From Felis catus (taxonomy: Eukaryota): a DNA stretch of 64,000 nucleotides. Both the position numbers and the translations under genes were made by a program. Below the pieces are notes generated by a model that was not told the origin of the DNA, did not search any database, and worked only from the letters and a program-made list of their open reading frames with translations. The DNA is taken from contig NC_058383.1 of assembly GCF_018350175.1 (NCBI RefSeq), positions 2,480,001-2,544,000 of the forward strand, in the 5' to 3' direction. Positions 50,724 to 63,894 of the stretch are shown piece by piece (positions within the stretch are counted from its first letter, which is position 1; each line of letters starts with the position of its first letter).

Positions 50724-51059
50724 CATGGGGAGGCTTTAGAAAGTGAATGCACGTGAAAGACTTAGAATGTTGGAGAAGAGGGCCGAGAAATGACACCAAC
50801 CACACCGTGTGATCAATGCCAGGAAAGGGGCCAGCAGGTGTGGATGCCACAGGGCTGCTCACAGAGTCGGGGCACTTGGACGACGCACTCGGGGAAGGCC
50901 TGTGTCAGTCTTCATTCGAGGCCCAGACGAAGAGTCGGAACCAACTGAAGGAAGCAGCAGGGGGCAGGGATCCGGGCCGAGAGAACGGCAAACACAGGCA
51001 GACAGAGGAAAGAGGCCTGCAGGGGTCAGGACCGTGCCGTCCAGGAGGAAGGGCACGTC

Positions 51060-51362
51060 GGCCAGGGCTGTGGATATCATCTCAAATTTCCTAGCAGCCA
51101 CGTTAAAGAGAGCCGAAAGAAACGGGTAAAAATAATTTCAGTAACATATTGTATTTCACCTAACGTACCTGAAGTGTGTACATTTTGGCACGTGATCCGT
51201 ATAAAAATCGTGGATGGGACAGTCCGCGTTCTTTGTTTTTTTTCATTCTAAGAACTGGAAACCCGAAGTGTTTTTACACGTATGGCACGCCCCCGGTGGG
51301 ACGCCGTGTTCCAGTGCCCGATGGCCGTGCTGGGGAGTGGCCACCGTCCCGGGCACTGCAGA
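51060..51362. mobile_element. hAT-Charlie MER33-like remnant
   Basis: aaatttcctagcagccacgttaaa...aaagaaacgggtaaaaataattt; gtggccaccgt near the end. Confidence 0.7.
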
Positions 51363-54017
51363 GAGGGCCTGTCGGGATGAACAGGGCACAAGTGTGTTGG
51401 GACCACGGGGTCAGGAGCACAACGTGACGTGGTCTGCGTCTTAGATTTAGGAGGCTGCTCTGTGAGGACAGACTCTGGGGAGACAAGGGGGGGGGGCCGG
51501 GGACCACTCAGGGGCAGGGGTGACGGTGACCCTGGACACCGGATGCTGAACGCGGACGGAAGGGCCTGCTGCCCATCTCACCTCCTAAACACCTGGAGTG
51601 AGTTAAAGACCCCCATTAAGGTACCAGATGGCATGTGCAACGCAAGCCCTGACTGTGGTCGCCGCCCCGAATGCCTCTTGCTCGCAGGACCACGTCTGTT
51701 TCACTCACCCCGCTGCCCTAGTGCGGGGCCCGGAGCTCAGCAGGCAGGCTGCCGGCGGAGCCCTGGCTGGTCCCGGGCCCCACCGTCACTTGGAGGACGT
51801 GCGCGTTGCAGCGGACTGCACAAGTCCCCCTGGGTGGTCTATTCTCCCGCCCAGTTAGTCATCACAGCCTGGCCTAATATTGACAACGGATCTCCGCCCG
51901 GGGGGCCTCTCATAACCTTAGCCTACTGTCGCGTCGGCTCAGTGGGTGTTTTGGCAAGAACCCAAAGTCAAAAAGGGCGTGGGAGCAGATGCCTCCACCT
52001 ACAATGGGCCCAGAAAGTGCTGGAAGCATCTCTTCCCCGATCCCCTGACTCGCGTCTTCCCCACCCGTGGCCACTGGGGGAAGAGACCACATCCAAGGAC
52101 TGTGACGCGTCCCAGGCCAGGGCATCGGAGCCGCCTGCAGGTTACTATGGAGATGAGATGTCGGGTCCCCACGGGAGCTCCCAGGCGAAGGAGCTGAGGG
52201 GCCACGGGGCCCAGGGCCAGCTCCAGACGGGCTGCAGGAGACGCGAGAAGAGGAGAAGTACCTGGGTCAATTGCCAGGCGTGCATACAACCGAGGGCGGC
52301 ATCGTGGGGCGTTCACAGTAACCCACAGCCAAACTCTGGTGAGTTACCTCTGTAGGAGCAGAGGCCCTCGCTATATAGCACCAAGCCGGGCTGGCAGAGA
52401 GGTCAGCAGCTCCCCGAAGCTCACAGCCCGCGGGAAGCCCCAGCACGCCTTTCCGGGGAAGCACGCCCGCCCGCGATTCTCAACCCGTCTGCAGCAACGG
52501 CACGCCTTAACGTGCCTGGCACTTGCCAGATCTCTCCGGGCAGGGAAGTCTGACCACAGAGAGGCAGGAGAAATCCCTCGAAAGAGACCAAGAGCCTGGC
52601 CGCACTGAAATGGGGTCACCCTGGTCACCCCCCTCTTGGGATGCGGGGCTCAGTTTGGCAAGTGAGAGGAACCGCGTTCCCCTTCACCCCGGGTCGTCTG
52701 GATCCCCGGCCTCTGACTCCTAAGGCAGAACGCTCACTTGTCTTTGTTATTATTTTAAGAGCCTGGCTCTGCCGCTCATTGGTTGAGTGAGCCGGGGAAG
52801 TGAGGCAAACTCTACAAGCCTCAACTGCTTCGCCTGTAAAATTGGGAGGAGGGTGCCGTAGAAACTCTACGGGGTTGCCGCAGGGAGGGAGCAGGAGCTG
52901 AGCCCGGGGCCTGACACGCAGAAGTTCAATTAGTATTTCCAATGAACCGCACAGAACTCTGGCCCGGGAGACCAAAGTAACGATGGAGACACGCTGACTC
53001 TGTCCGTAGACACTTGTGAGTGTGATCCCTGTGTTCACGGAGCTTACAGACGAGTGGGTGACATTAGCATGAAATAAATAAGCATACGGATACACCTATA
53101 CTAAAACACTGTGGTAAGAGATCTGAAGGCAGTGAACTGAGTTATAAGAGAGAGTAAAGACCGAGGTATCTGCCCAACGAACAAGTTCAGAATGACAGTA
53201 AAGAATGATAGGTTTCTAGGGTCAGAATTTCCCTCAAAGTGTGTTTAGCACAAACAAACAAAAAAACAAAGGTGAGGAGTGGGGTGTGTGGTATGGTCGA
53301 ATTGGTTGCAAGCCTGGGGTACTGCAGGACTTCTCAGAGCCTTAGCTTGCACATCTCCCCAAGGGAAGAGTGCAGGCAGCCTTTCCCAACCTGTTTGACC
53401 GTGGAACCCTTGCTTTATAGAGCAAATCCCAGGGCTGGTGTTCTCTGGCGCCCACTTTGAGGAGCACCATGTCAGCTAGACGTTCACCCACAAGGAGAAG
53501 CATGAGGAACTCACGTCCACTCCAGGGATGGGTCTGTTCTGAACACAGGGACTAGTCTGTTCTGAACACAGGGAAGGCTATGCCTTCCGCGGGACAGCGC
53601 AGGTAGAAGGCAGGTGGCCGATTCCTGCTCTCAGATAAGAACTCCCCCCTTCTGTTACGATGGACAAGCTTGATGGATGGGATCACTTCACGTTCCATTA
53701 CATTTGGCTGGTGGCTACCGATGAGGTGTGGGAGGGGCCCGGGCACTCCGGCAACCCAGTTCAACTCATCCTTTAGCGGGGGTGACCTCCGCTAGGGATC
53801 GCCTCGTTTATTTTACCTCGATTCCCGTCAGGTGGAATTTGAGAAGCTGGCGTCTTCTGAGCCTCCTCCAAACAGCGGAAAGGGTGGTGCCCCACCTGAT
53901 GAGGGAGCAGGTGCACCACCACAGAGGGTCCGGGCTTGGAGTCGGTCGGATAAACTCCACCATGGCCAGCTGGGTGACGCATACAAGGCGTTTCCTCATC
54001 TATAAAGTGAAAATCGC

Positions 54018-54443
54018 GGGGCGCCTGGGTGGCTCAGTCACTTAAGCGTCTGACTCTTGGTTTTGGCTCCGGTCACGATCTCAGTTTGTGGGTTCGAGCC
54101 CCGCGTCGGGCTGTGCTCTGATGGTGCGGAGCCTGCTTGGGATTTCCCTCTCCCTCTCTCTCTGCTTTTCCCCCGGCAGTGCTCTCTCTCTCAAAAATAA
54201 ATAAACATTTGGGGCGCCTGGGTGGCGCAGTCGGTTGAGCGTCCGACTTCAGCCAGGTCACGATCTCGCGGTCTGGGAGTTCGAGCCCCGCATCGGGCTC
54301 TGGGCTGATGGCTCAGAGCCTGGAGCCTGTTTCCGATTCTGTGTCTCCCTCTCTCTCTGCCCCTCCCCCGTTCATGCTCTGTCTCTGTCCCAAAAATAAA
54401 AATGAAAAAAAAAATTTTTTTAATAAATAAACATTAAAAAAAA
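54018..54443 (+). mobile_element. Nested SINE pair: older SINEC (54018-54209) with a younger SINEC_Fc-like copy (54211-54421) in its tail
   Basis: Inner TSD aataaataaacatt (54196-54209, 54422-54435); outer TSD aaagt(g/c)aaaa(t/c)cgc (54004-54017, 54444-54457). Confidence 0.95.
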
Positions 54444-54689
54444 AAAGTCAAAACCGCAACATCTCTTCAACGGTGGTGTGGTGAATTAGTATTTGTAGCG
54501 TTGAACACGATGCCTTCCGCGTCAGAAGGAAGGAGCGTGTGCATAACTATACGGCCCCCCAGGAAATGACATGAATGCCCTCCCCCAAGAAGCTCTGACT
54601 CCAGCTCAGGAGACAGACCAGTAGATCGGAGCAACCAGGAAACAGTAAGACAATACAGGCTAATCTGCTAGGATTAGCCTGTACACCCC

Positions 54690-55230
54690 GTTTTTAGCTT
54701 CCGACTAATTTCCTACGATAACCTTGGGGATCAAATGATGGAATCGGATTGAGTGTTTTTCCTGACAAGCTGGTGAACAGCCTCACCTAAAGAGCACCGA
54801 CAACGGCTCATCTTTACAAACGCTTGTGGAATAAATAAATAAACCTTGGGCAAGGTCTCAATGGTACAGAACCAAAGAGCTCGTTTCTGGGTGCTGCTGT
54901 GCTTGACGCTCGCTGGCGGTGATGTGAGGGAAGATGCGAAGGAGAACCTTGTCAGGTCTGCGGGTCACATGAAGTTGGGAGAGATAGTTAACATGATGAA
55001 TGCACTCATCAATATTCAGGAAGACTTGACAGACAAGAATATAGGGCCCAAACCGCAAGATGGAATTCAACAGAAATAAACGTAAAGTGCTGACTTTCGC
55101 CTTTAAAAAGCGTAGAAGGACAGGACAGGGGAAACTCGGCACAGCAGAGGCCTGTGCAAAAAAAACGAAAACCAAAAACGCACCGTCTGTGTGTGCACCG
55201 TGGGCTTTCGATTCGCTAAATGTTGACAAT
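54690..55230 (+). mobile_element. CR1/L3 LINE reverse-transcriptase remnant
   Basis: Translations LVRSAGHMKLGEIVNMMNALINIQEDL and MEFNRNKRKVL resemble CR1 RT LxKFADDTKLGGxxN...IQxDLD and MKFNxxKCKVL. Confidence 0.7.
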
Positions 55231-55294
55231 GACCCAATGACGCGACGTAGATACTTAAAATATAATGTAAGATCGTAGGAAGAAGGCAAATTCT

Positions 55295-55497
55295 AATGTT
55301 TGTTTATTTTTGACAGAGAGAGACAGAGCAGGAGCGGGGGAGGGGCAGAGAGAGAGAGACAAACACAGAATCCGAAGCAGGCTCCAGGCTCTGAGGTGTC
55401 AGCACAGAGCCCGGCGCGGGGCTCGAACTCACGGACCGCGAGATCACGACCCGAGCCGAAGTCGGACGCTCAACCGACCGAGCCACCCAGGCGCCCC
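55295..55497 (-). mobile_element. Can-SINE (SINEC)
   Basis: Consensus structure; TSD ggcaaat(t/g)ct. Confidence 0.94.
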
Positions 55498-56049
55498 GGC
55501 AAATGCTGTATGCAGTGTGTTTTCGCTCTTCCTTCCTGCCCCCAACCCGTGGATGAGAAACTGCGAGGACTCTTGATAACTAGGAGACTGAGAGAGAAAA
55601 CCCAAGTCCGAGTGGCCAATTCCATGCTTGGAAGTACCGGGCACAGGAGTGGCCCTACGGGTGACAGGTTAGAGCTCTGCCAGGACAGCAACAGCTCGGC
55701 AAATCCTACCCCGCCACCCATGACCAGGCGGCAAATCCCGGAAGGGTCTTCCTGCACGTGGGAGCCTGGTGGCCAGAGAGGTAGGGCAGCACCGGGGGTG
55801 AGGGATGGGGGGGGGGGGTGCAGGCAAGATCCAGGACAACAGGAGACCTCCAAGCCAAGAAGAGAACTCCTGAAGCACCTCTCCTCACAACACGCCTGGG
55901 ATCATTTCTCTCACAGAAAGGCTGCAGATAACGGACAGGTTACAGATCGTACCCAATGTGGACACAGTCCCCTCCCTGGAAACACCGGACGTTTGCAGGA
56001 CACCGACACCACGGAAGAGCAACGACCAAGTGCGACAAACAAAACCTCC

Positions 56050-59000
56050 CCCGGGGAAACCGTTCACGGAGCCACAGAAAGGGTCACCAGAACACGCATA
56101 CTTAACGTCCTCAGAAAGATGCGGGGGGATACTGGCTCGACCGGTAGAGAATCGAAACATCACCGAACCCCCAAATCAGCAGGTGGCTCGAAGTTTCAGA
56201 ATGGTCACAGTTTACGACCGAGTCAGCGAGCTGGAAGACTGGACTGAAATTCTCCCAGAGTCCAGGAGAAAAGGGCGGCACAGAATGAAAGAAGTCAAGA
56301 GAAATGGAAGCCACTGCCAGGAGATCCAATATTTCTCTTACAAGTGAAGGAGAAGATGGAAAGCATGGAGACGAAGGGCAAAGTCTAGGACGTTCAAGGG
56401 GGAAAACATCTCCAGAATTGAAAAGGGACACAAGTCCCCAGCTAACAGGGCACACGGACTACCAGGAAGATGAAGGAAAAGACAAGCCAGCATCTATTTA
56501 CCTTGTGATCAAGTTCAGAACACCAGGCTCACGCAGAAAAGTCCTAAAAGCTGGCAGACACATGGGGCATATCTTTAAAGGTCCCAGAAAAAATGACTTT
56601 AACACTAGAATTCTGTGTTCAGCTCATAATGACTCAAGCGTCAAAAAGGGAAAAGAAACACACGTCACACACGCAAGGACTCAAACCGTTCGCCATCCCC
56701 GGACCTACAATGAAACGATGACCGAGCAATGTGTATCGGCAAGGGGGAAAGAATTTCAAGGGCGACAAACAGTGGTACCTGCCTGCTATGATCTGGATTG
56801 TGTCTGCAGAATTCATATGTTAATGTTCCAAGCCCCTGTACCTTAAAATGTATGTGTGTTTGAAGACACAGTCTTTAAAGAGGTGGTTAGGTTAAAATGA
56901 GGTCATTAGCATGGGGCTCTAATAAGGCTGTAAAAAAGATACTCCGGGCAAATAGTAACCAGAGAGAGTTGGGGGAGGGGGCTGTCCCAATATCAGATCG
57001 AATAAGCTGAGTAAAAACTGTTACAGAGACAAAGAAGGACATTATATATTGATAAAGGGGCCAATCAGTCAATTAGATCTAACAGTTACACACATGTATG
57101 CACCTAATAACAGAGCCCCAGATTACGTAAAGCAGAAGTCGATAGAATTAGAGGGAGAAACAGCTCTACAATAATAGCTAGAGACTTCAGTAACCTACTT
57201 CCAAAAATGAATAGAATAACGAGAGAGATCAATAGAAACAATGATGACCAGACCCTTACGGGAAAATACCAGAACAAAAAATACCTGATCAATTCTACAA
57301 AGGCAGGAAGCTAAAAAAAAAAAAAAAGTCTTGAGAAATGGGAATCATGAGATGAGGTATTGAGAATAATTCGATGTATCATAAATTATAGCAGATGTAA
57401 AAGGGTTTACAAGAAAATGGGATTCAAGGGGGAAAACATTAAAAGGGACCAAGAAGATTTTTGTGACTAAGAGGAACCATCAACCACCATGAATGTTTAC
57501 GTGCCTCACAACACGGCTTTGAAGGGCATGAAGCGAACTCAGAGAAATACAAGAAAAAACTAGCAAAGACATTGTCACAGTAAGAGACTTCCTAAAGCCC
57601 CTAAAAAATGACCGGTACGGATGGTTGCAGGGGATCAAAAATAATTAACATGTTTGCTCTAATGGATCTACAGAACTCTGTACCCAACACAGAGTGAAAA
57701 CAAATTCTTTTTGAACGCACATGGGAATTCGACAAAAGTTTACCATGTCTTAGCCACAAAGGCGATTTCAAACAAACGAAAAGCAAAAATAAACATATGG
57801 CCTATTGGCTGATGAAAATATAACAGTAAAAAAAAATTGCAAAAGAAGACCATTTTCAACCTATACGCCCAAATACAAGACCAACTTGGATCTCTCCAAA
57901 CACTAAAATATATTATAAAATCTTAGGCCGCAGAGGCACAGATACAGGTAATTAGATCAATGAACAAAAGTCTAACAAACAACTTTGTGCAGAAATTTAG
58001 GGCACGATGAGGGTGATTTAGTAACCGTTGGGGTCATTTGCTAACAATTTGGAGAAAATTCTATTCCTCCCTTACCCTGTTGCAAAATTAATTTGCGGAT
58101 AGATTAATGACTTAAAAATTAAATAATGAACTCTGAAAGTATTAGAAGAAACAAAATATGCTTATGACCTTGGGATCGGGAAGGCCTCCCTAAACAAGGC
58201 ATAATATGCTAATGTCATCTGGGAAAAGATTGATGTGTCTGAGTACATCATAATTTAAAACTTCTGTATGATGGAAAACAGTGCAACAAAGTTAAAAATG
58301 TAAGCTATGGTCTAGGAAAACATCCATAATATATGAAATAAAGATTAATGCACAGAGCATCAATAAGAAAAAGGCAAGGAATGAGGTGGAAGGAAAATGA
58401 GCCTGCAAGTCACCAAACTTTATGTGATCAATAAACCTGAAGCAATAATTAGGCTCTGTAATAAACAAGAACACACTTGAAACAAAGAGATTTCGTTCTG
58501 CACCTGAGTTTCCTCCGCTATAAAACACGAACAATAAAGGACCCTAGCTCACAAGGTTGCTGTGGGATTCGACGAGCTCACATAAATATGTAAGCTTATG
58601 GAGAAGCACCTAGAACACAGTCAACTGTCTGGAAGCATTAGGTACTGTTATTGTCTTCAGCACGTTTCAGCAATCTGAGGGGCAAAAAGCTTTTCAATCT
58701 CAATAATACAAGGTTTTGGCGACCGCGCAGGGGAAAAAATACTCTCACGATGTCTTGCTGAGAATATACATTGGTCCAGCCAATTCTGGGGTCACCATTA
58801 ACACATACGGTGTATGCACCCTACACCCGGCAATTCCACGCGGGCACCTAACCTACAGAGACATTTACCGCTCTGCACACGCAGACGAGAAGAGCAAAGG
58901 TTGGAAAGAATCCCAAATGCCCATCAAGCGGGGACCGATTACATGAAACATGGTGCTTTCATACCGTGGGAGACCTTGGCGGTGTTGATAAGAACAAAGT

Positions 59001-59300
59001 GGCACTTATACTAACACGGAAAGATCTCCGAGACATATTTTTAAATGAAGAAAAAAAGTTGCAGAACTTTCTGTGTAGTACGATGCCACCCAAGTGAAGC
59101 TCGTGTTTCCGTAGCTACAGGCACCTGCTTAGGAGGAGGTCTGAAAGGTGACGCACCAAGCTGACAGCTCTGGTCTCATCCGGGAAGCCTGCCAGGGTTG
59201 AGGATATGCCCCTCAATGGAGACTTGATAGCTTTGTCTACATTATTTGAAAAACGTCAAAGAACGTTTGCATGAATTTTCAGAAATCCAAATAAATAAAA
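56050..59300 (+). mobile_element. Patchwork of old L1 fragments with an MLT1A-like piece (~56782-56925) and a MIR (~58490-58655)
   Basis: agagacaaagaaggacattatatattgataaagggg endonuclease-region motif; gtctttaaagaggtggttaggttaaaatgaggtcattag for MLT1A. Confidence 0.7.
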
Positions 59301-59607
59301 CATAAAACAAACCCAAAGACCAATGCAATCTTTAGCTACTTCATCGGGGAGCAAGGGGGGGGGTATCCAGGCTGTGAGGAGCAATAGTCCCCCTGTGTGG
59401 TGGGAGGCCCAGACAACGGCTGTGGTTCTGTGACCCACCTGAGCACCCTACTCGAAGAGAGACATTCGTGACCAGGGTGCCCTATCCATGGGACGTCTCC
59501 CCATTTGCCCAGCACAACCCTGGTTTATGCCTGTTGTCCTGGTGTAATTAACAGTGTCCTTTCCCTTTGTTGACTCTTTGCTGGTTTGATGTAAAGTAGC
59601 TCCCGCC

Positions 59608-59679
59608 AAAAACAAAAACAAAAACAAAAACAAAAACAAAAACAAAAACAAAAACAAAAACAAAAACAAAAACAAAAAC
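59608..59679. repeat. (AAAAAC)n hexamer microsatellite
   Basis: About 12 units. Confidence 0.95.
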
Positions 59680-59759
59680 CTCAGGCGTGCTTCTCCCCAA
59701 ACAGGTGCAGGATCCGTCTACCAAACAAACACGGATAAAGGAATCGAAGAAGACCCACA

Positions 59760-60149
59760 TGAGTGAAGAGGCAGCTGGCGTTCGAGGACTAAAAGCCCCA
59801 ATGTGGCAAAGACATGAGTTGTTGCCAAACTGATCTATATATTTAATCCGATTCCAGTAAAAATCACGGCAGGATTGTTTGTAGATACTGACAAGCTGAC
59901 TCTAAAACGTACATGGAAAGGCAAAGAAACTAGAATGGTCGAAACCATTTGAAAACCTGAATTTGAAACTACCATAAAGCTAGAGTATTCAACAGAATAT
60001 GGCCTGAAGGAACAGACACAGATCAAAGGAACAGCATCCAGAGTCCAGAAACAAACCCACAGAAATATGGCGGCTTGATTTTTGACCAACGTTCAAAGCT
60101 ACTCAATAAAGGACAGCCTTTTCTTTTTTTAAAATTTTTATTTGCTTAC

Positions 60150-60184
<35 letters not shown>

Positions 60185-61200
60185 AAGTGGGGGAGGGGTA
60201 GAGAGACAGGGAGAGAGAGAGAGAATTTCAAGCAGGCTCCGCACTGTCAGCGTAGAGCCCAACGCAGAGCTCGAACCCACAAACGGTGAGATCACGACCT
60301 GAGTTGATATCAAGAGTCAGGTGCTTAACCAAGCGAGCCACCCCGGTGCTCCAGGACAATGTTTTTCAATAAACAGTGAGGAAATAAGTGGACGTCCCTA
60401 TGCGCATGCACCTTGCACCTTGGGTAAACATTAAAATGGATCATATATGTAAGTATAAAACGTACAGCTATAAAAGTTTTAGGAGGAAAACAGAAAACAC
60501 CTGTGGCCATGGGTCAGCGTTCTTAGACAAGGCACCAAAAGCACAGTCCCTGAGAGGAAAAATGAACAAAACACATCAGCAAGCACTTTGCCAGAAAGGA
60601 TACACGGATGCTAAATAAACCCACGGAAAGATGTTCAGCACGGTCCGCCACGAGGGAAACGCAATCTCAGCTGCCACGGCATACCACGACACCGTGGCAA
60701 TCCGCTGAGGTACACACCCGGAGAAATGAAAACTCACGCTCCCACCAAAGCCTGCGTGTGCACAGACGTTCGTGACCTCGTCGTGCACAGTCACCCAAAC
60801 CTGGAAACAACCCAGATGTCCACCGACGGGAACCACCCGCACCATGGAACACTACTCAGCAATAAAAGGAACCACCTGTTGCCAGACACCCACAATAACG
60901 TGGATGGATGAATGTCAGAGGCGCTGCTGCGCTCGACGGATGAAGCTAGCCTCCCAAGTTCCACTCGCGGGATACTCGAAGATACTCGAAAAGAAAAAGT
61001 ACGGCGTCAGAACACGTCGGCTGTTGCCAGGACTGGGGTGAGGGGAGGGTGTGCTGATTCGAGGGTGTTGTCTTGGGGTGACAGCTGTTCTGTACCTGGA
61101 TTCTGGTGGTCGCCACCTGACTCTATGTACGCACCAAAATTCACGGAACTATGCTGTGAATTCACAGAGTCGCTTTTTTGTACGTTAATTAAAACGAAAA
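59760..61200 (+). mobile_element. Decayed L1 (ORF2 3' part and 3' end)
   Basis: ccaaactgatctatatatttaat; gacaagctgactctaaaa; agagtccagaaacaaacccac; atggaacactactcagcaataaaaggaa. Confidence 0.85.
60124..60352 (-). mobile_element. Can-SINE (SINEC) inside L1
   Basis: T tail, (GA)n, aagagtcaggtgcttaacc. Confidence 0.92.
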
Positions 61201-61405
61201 AGCGTCCGATGTGGATCGTGAGTTACGCGGTCACCCTAACCATCCAGGGAGAAGACCGAGTTGGTGATTAATATGGAAATGCAGACAGGGACGGTGAAGA
61301 GGGGTGAGTTCCTGAAGACGATGACCAATCTTGCTGAGGGCGCGCTCCGTGCCTGCTGTGGCCCTCGGCACCCAGCTGGTACCTCTCTTAAACGTACCTA
61401 GTAGA

Positions 61406-61630
61406 GGGGCGCCTGGGTGGCTCAGTCAGTTAAGCATCCGACTTCGGCTCAGATCACGATCTCGCGGTCCGTGAGTTCGAGCCCCGCGTCGGGCTCTGGG
61501 CTGATGGCTCAGAGCCTGGAGCCTGCTTCTGATTCTGTGTCTCCCTCTCTCTCTGCCCCTCCCCTGTTCATGCTCTGTCTCTGTCTCAAAAATAAATAAA
61601 CGTCAAAAAAAAAAAATTAAAAAAAAAAAA
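61406..61630 (+). mobile_element. Felid SINE (SINEC_Fc-like)
   Basis: Perfect 16-bp TSD aaacgtacctagtaga at 61390-61405 and 61631-61646. Confidence 0.96.
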
Positions 61631-61705
61631 AAACGTACCTAGTAGACACGGATGCCATCCCCACCTCACAGAAGAGGCATTGTTGCTCAAGAGAGGTTGG
61701 GGCTC

Positions 61706-61912
61706 GGGGGCCCCTGGGTGGCTCATCTGACTCTTGACTTCGGCTCAGGTCACCATCTCACGGTTTGTGGGATCGAGCCCCACGTTGGGCTCTGTGCTGC
61801 ATGGAGCCTGCTTGGGGTTCTCTGTCTCTCCTCCCCGCTCCCCCCCCCCCCCCGCCCCTCTCCCCTGCTGGTATGCACCCTCTCTCTCAAAATAAATAAA
61901 CGTTTCAAAAGA
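61706..61912 (+). mobile_element. Can-SINE (SINEC)
   Basis: ggggcccctgggtggctca head, caaaataaataaac tail. Confidence 0.9.
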
Positions 61913-62299
61913 GAGACAGAGAGAGACAGGCTGGGGATTTGACCCGATCACAGAACTGTTGGTGGAACCACATTCAAACCCAAGTCGACTGGCTCCAAAG
62001 CCCAGACACTAAGCCACCGAGCTGGGCGGTTTCTCTCAACTGCCGGGGTTGGAAAATGAGAAGCTAAACTGAGCTGTGACAATGCTCCACGTGACTAGAT
62101 CACGAGGCGGGGGAGGGAGGGAGGCCGTCCTCCCGGTACTAACCCTGTGTCACCACCTCCTCCTCGGCACGGGCTGCCTCTCACGCACGAGGAGCCGTTC
62201 GAGTGTGGGGCACCCTGCACCCCGAACGGGAGCCTTGCCTCACCTACACGTCCAGGCTGGAGTCAAGTTCCCTGTAGCACTAAGAACCCATGGTTTCCT

Positions 62300-62900
62300 C
62301 CCTTTCATCGAGACGAAGTTCACACAACGTAAACTCAACCATTTTAAGCGCACCGTCTCATGGCGTTTTATCACGTTCACGACGCCGTGCAAGCATGGCC
62401 TTTACTAGTTCCGAACACACTCGGCAGCCGGGTCCGCCCCCGGGTCCCCCCCCCCCCCCCCCCCCAGCCTCAGGCAGCCGCTACTCTGCTTTCTGTCCCA
62501 TGGAATTGCTTTTTCTGGATATGTCACGCCAGGGGAACCTTACGATGTCTTTTGTGTCCGGCTTCTTTCACGCGGCACGGCGGTTTCAAGGTTGTCCGCG
62601 TTGCAGCAGGCGTCAGCACGCCCTTCGTTCCTCTTCGTGGCGGAGGGACAGTCTGTCGTACGAGCCTTCTCCTCTGTTAATGGACACACGTGGGCTACTT
62701 CCACCAGCTGGCTCTTGCGACCGGTGTTACCGTGAGCGTCCGCGTACAAGCATTTGTTGGAACACCTGCTCTCGATTCCTTGGGCTGCACGGCGAGGAGT
62801 GGCATTGCTGGGTCATACGGCAACTCTACGTGTCACCTTTTGAGGAACCGCCTAAGTGTTTTCCACGGCAGCTGCCACCGTTTTCACATCCCCACCACGT
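62300..62900 (-). mobile_element. L1M 3' end fragment, GC-shifted
   Basis: tttcatcgagacgaagttcacacaacgtaaactcaaccattttaagcgcac; gagtggcattgctgggtcatacgg; ttttgaggaaccgcc. Confidence 0.8.
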
Positions 62901-63894
62901 TTTCGTTTTTAATCACAACACGCCATGGCGATTCAGAGGAGGGAGGCAGTGGCATGGAGGGAAGCGGGCTCTTCCCGGGGCCTGAGTGAGAGTGCGGGGT
63001 GGGTGGCCTGCCCGGGCAGGGGGGAGGCCAGGCAGGCAGTTGGGGGGGGGGCGGGGAGGGCAGGCCGGGCCTCTGTCTGCAAAACTAGCTCGGGTCCGGG
63101 GAGGTGGAGCTGTGGCCCGGGACGTGGTCCCTGTCACCCGTGCCCCTCGGCCTCCGAGCAGATGGTGGGAGTCTGCGGTGAAAGGCGGAGACGGGCCGGA
63201 GGGCGGGGGGCCTTGTGATGCGGTCCTTCTCGAGGGGTCGGGACCCCGAGAGCTCTCATTCGTCTGCTTCCGACGACCACAAAAGAGATGTGCCAGGCGG
63301 GGAAGGTACGGAGCTAGATTTAGCACCCAATCAACCCGGGAAACGAGCCTCCTCTGACTTTAAAATGAACTCTCAGAAGCACACCCCCCCCCACCCCCCC
63401 TCGGGTCAGAAAGGCTGATTCAAGAAAATGAGCTCAGCAGGGGTCCGCCAAGGTGCTCTGCGGTAGCAGGGAAGGACCCTGGGGGTGCCTGCTGAGGGCT
63501 CAAAGCCCTGGGGCCCCACGGGCTGCACCTGTGTTAGAAACACGTCCTGAGCCCGGCAGCCGCGGTATTCACTGCACCATGGCCTCCGGCGCCCAGAGGG
63601 GAGCGTCTGGGTCCCTGCCTGGGGCTCCCGCAGATGTGGGGGCAGGGGGTCACGTCAGACGAGAGGGACGTCAGCAGGACCCCTGTGTCCATCCCTTAGG
63701 GCAGTGGTGACCAAGTCCCGCAGACCAGGCAGCCTAGTAAGCAGAAGTCTATCTTCTCTCAGTCCTGGGGCTCAAAGTCCAAGATCGGCTCCTTGGTATG
63801 CAGACGACTGTCTTCTCCCTGTGTCTTCATGGGATCCTCCCTCTGTGCGTGTCTGTGTCCTGATCTTTTTTTAAATTTTATTAAAAATTGTTTT

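Noticed and set aside
51429..52355. 308-aa ORF
   Set aside because: No domain, exon-like boundaries or codon signal; expected in GC-rich intronic DNA.
55300..56247. 315-aa ORF
   Set aside because: Starts inside an antisense SINE and runs into L1-derived sequence.
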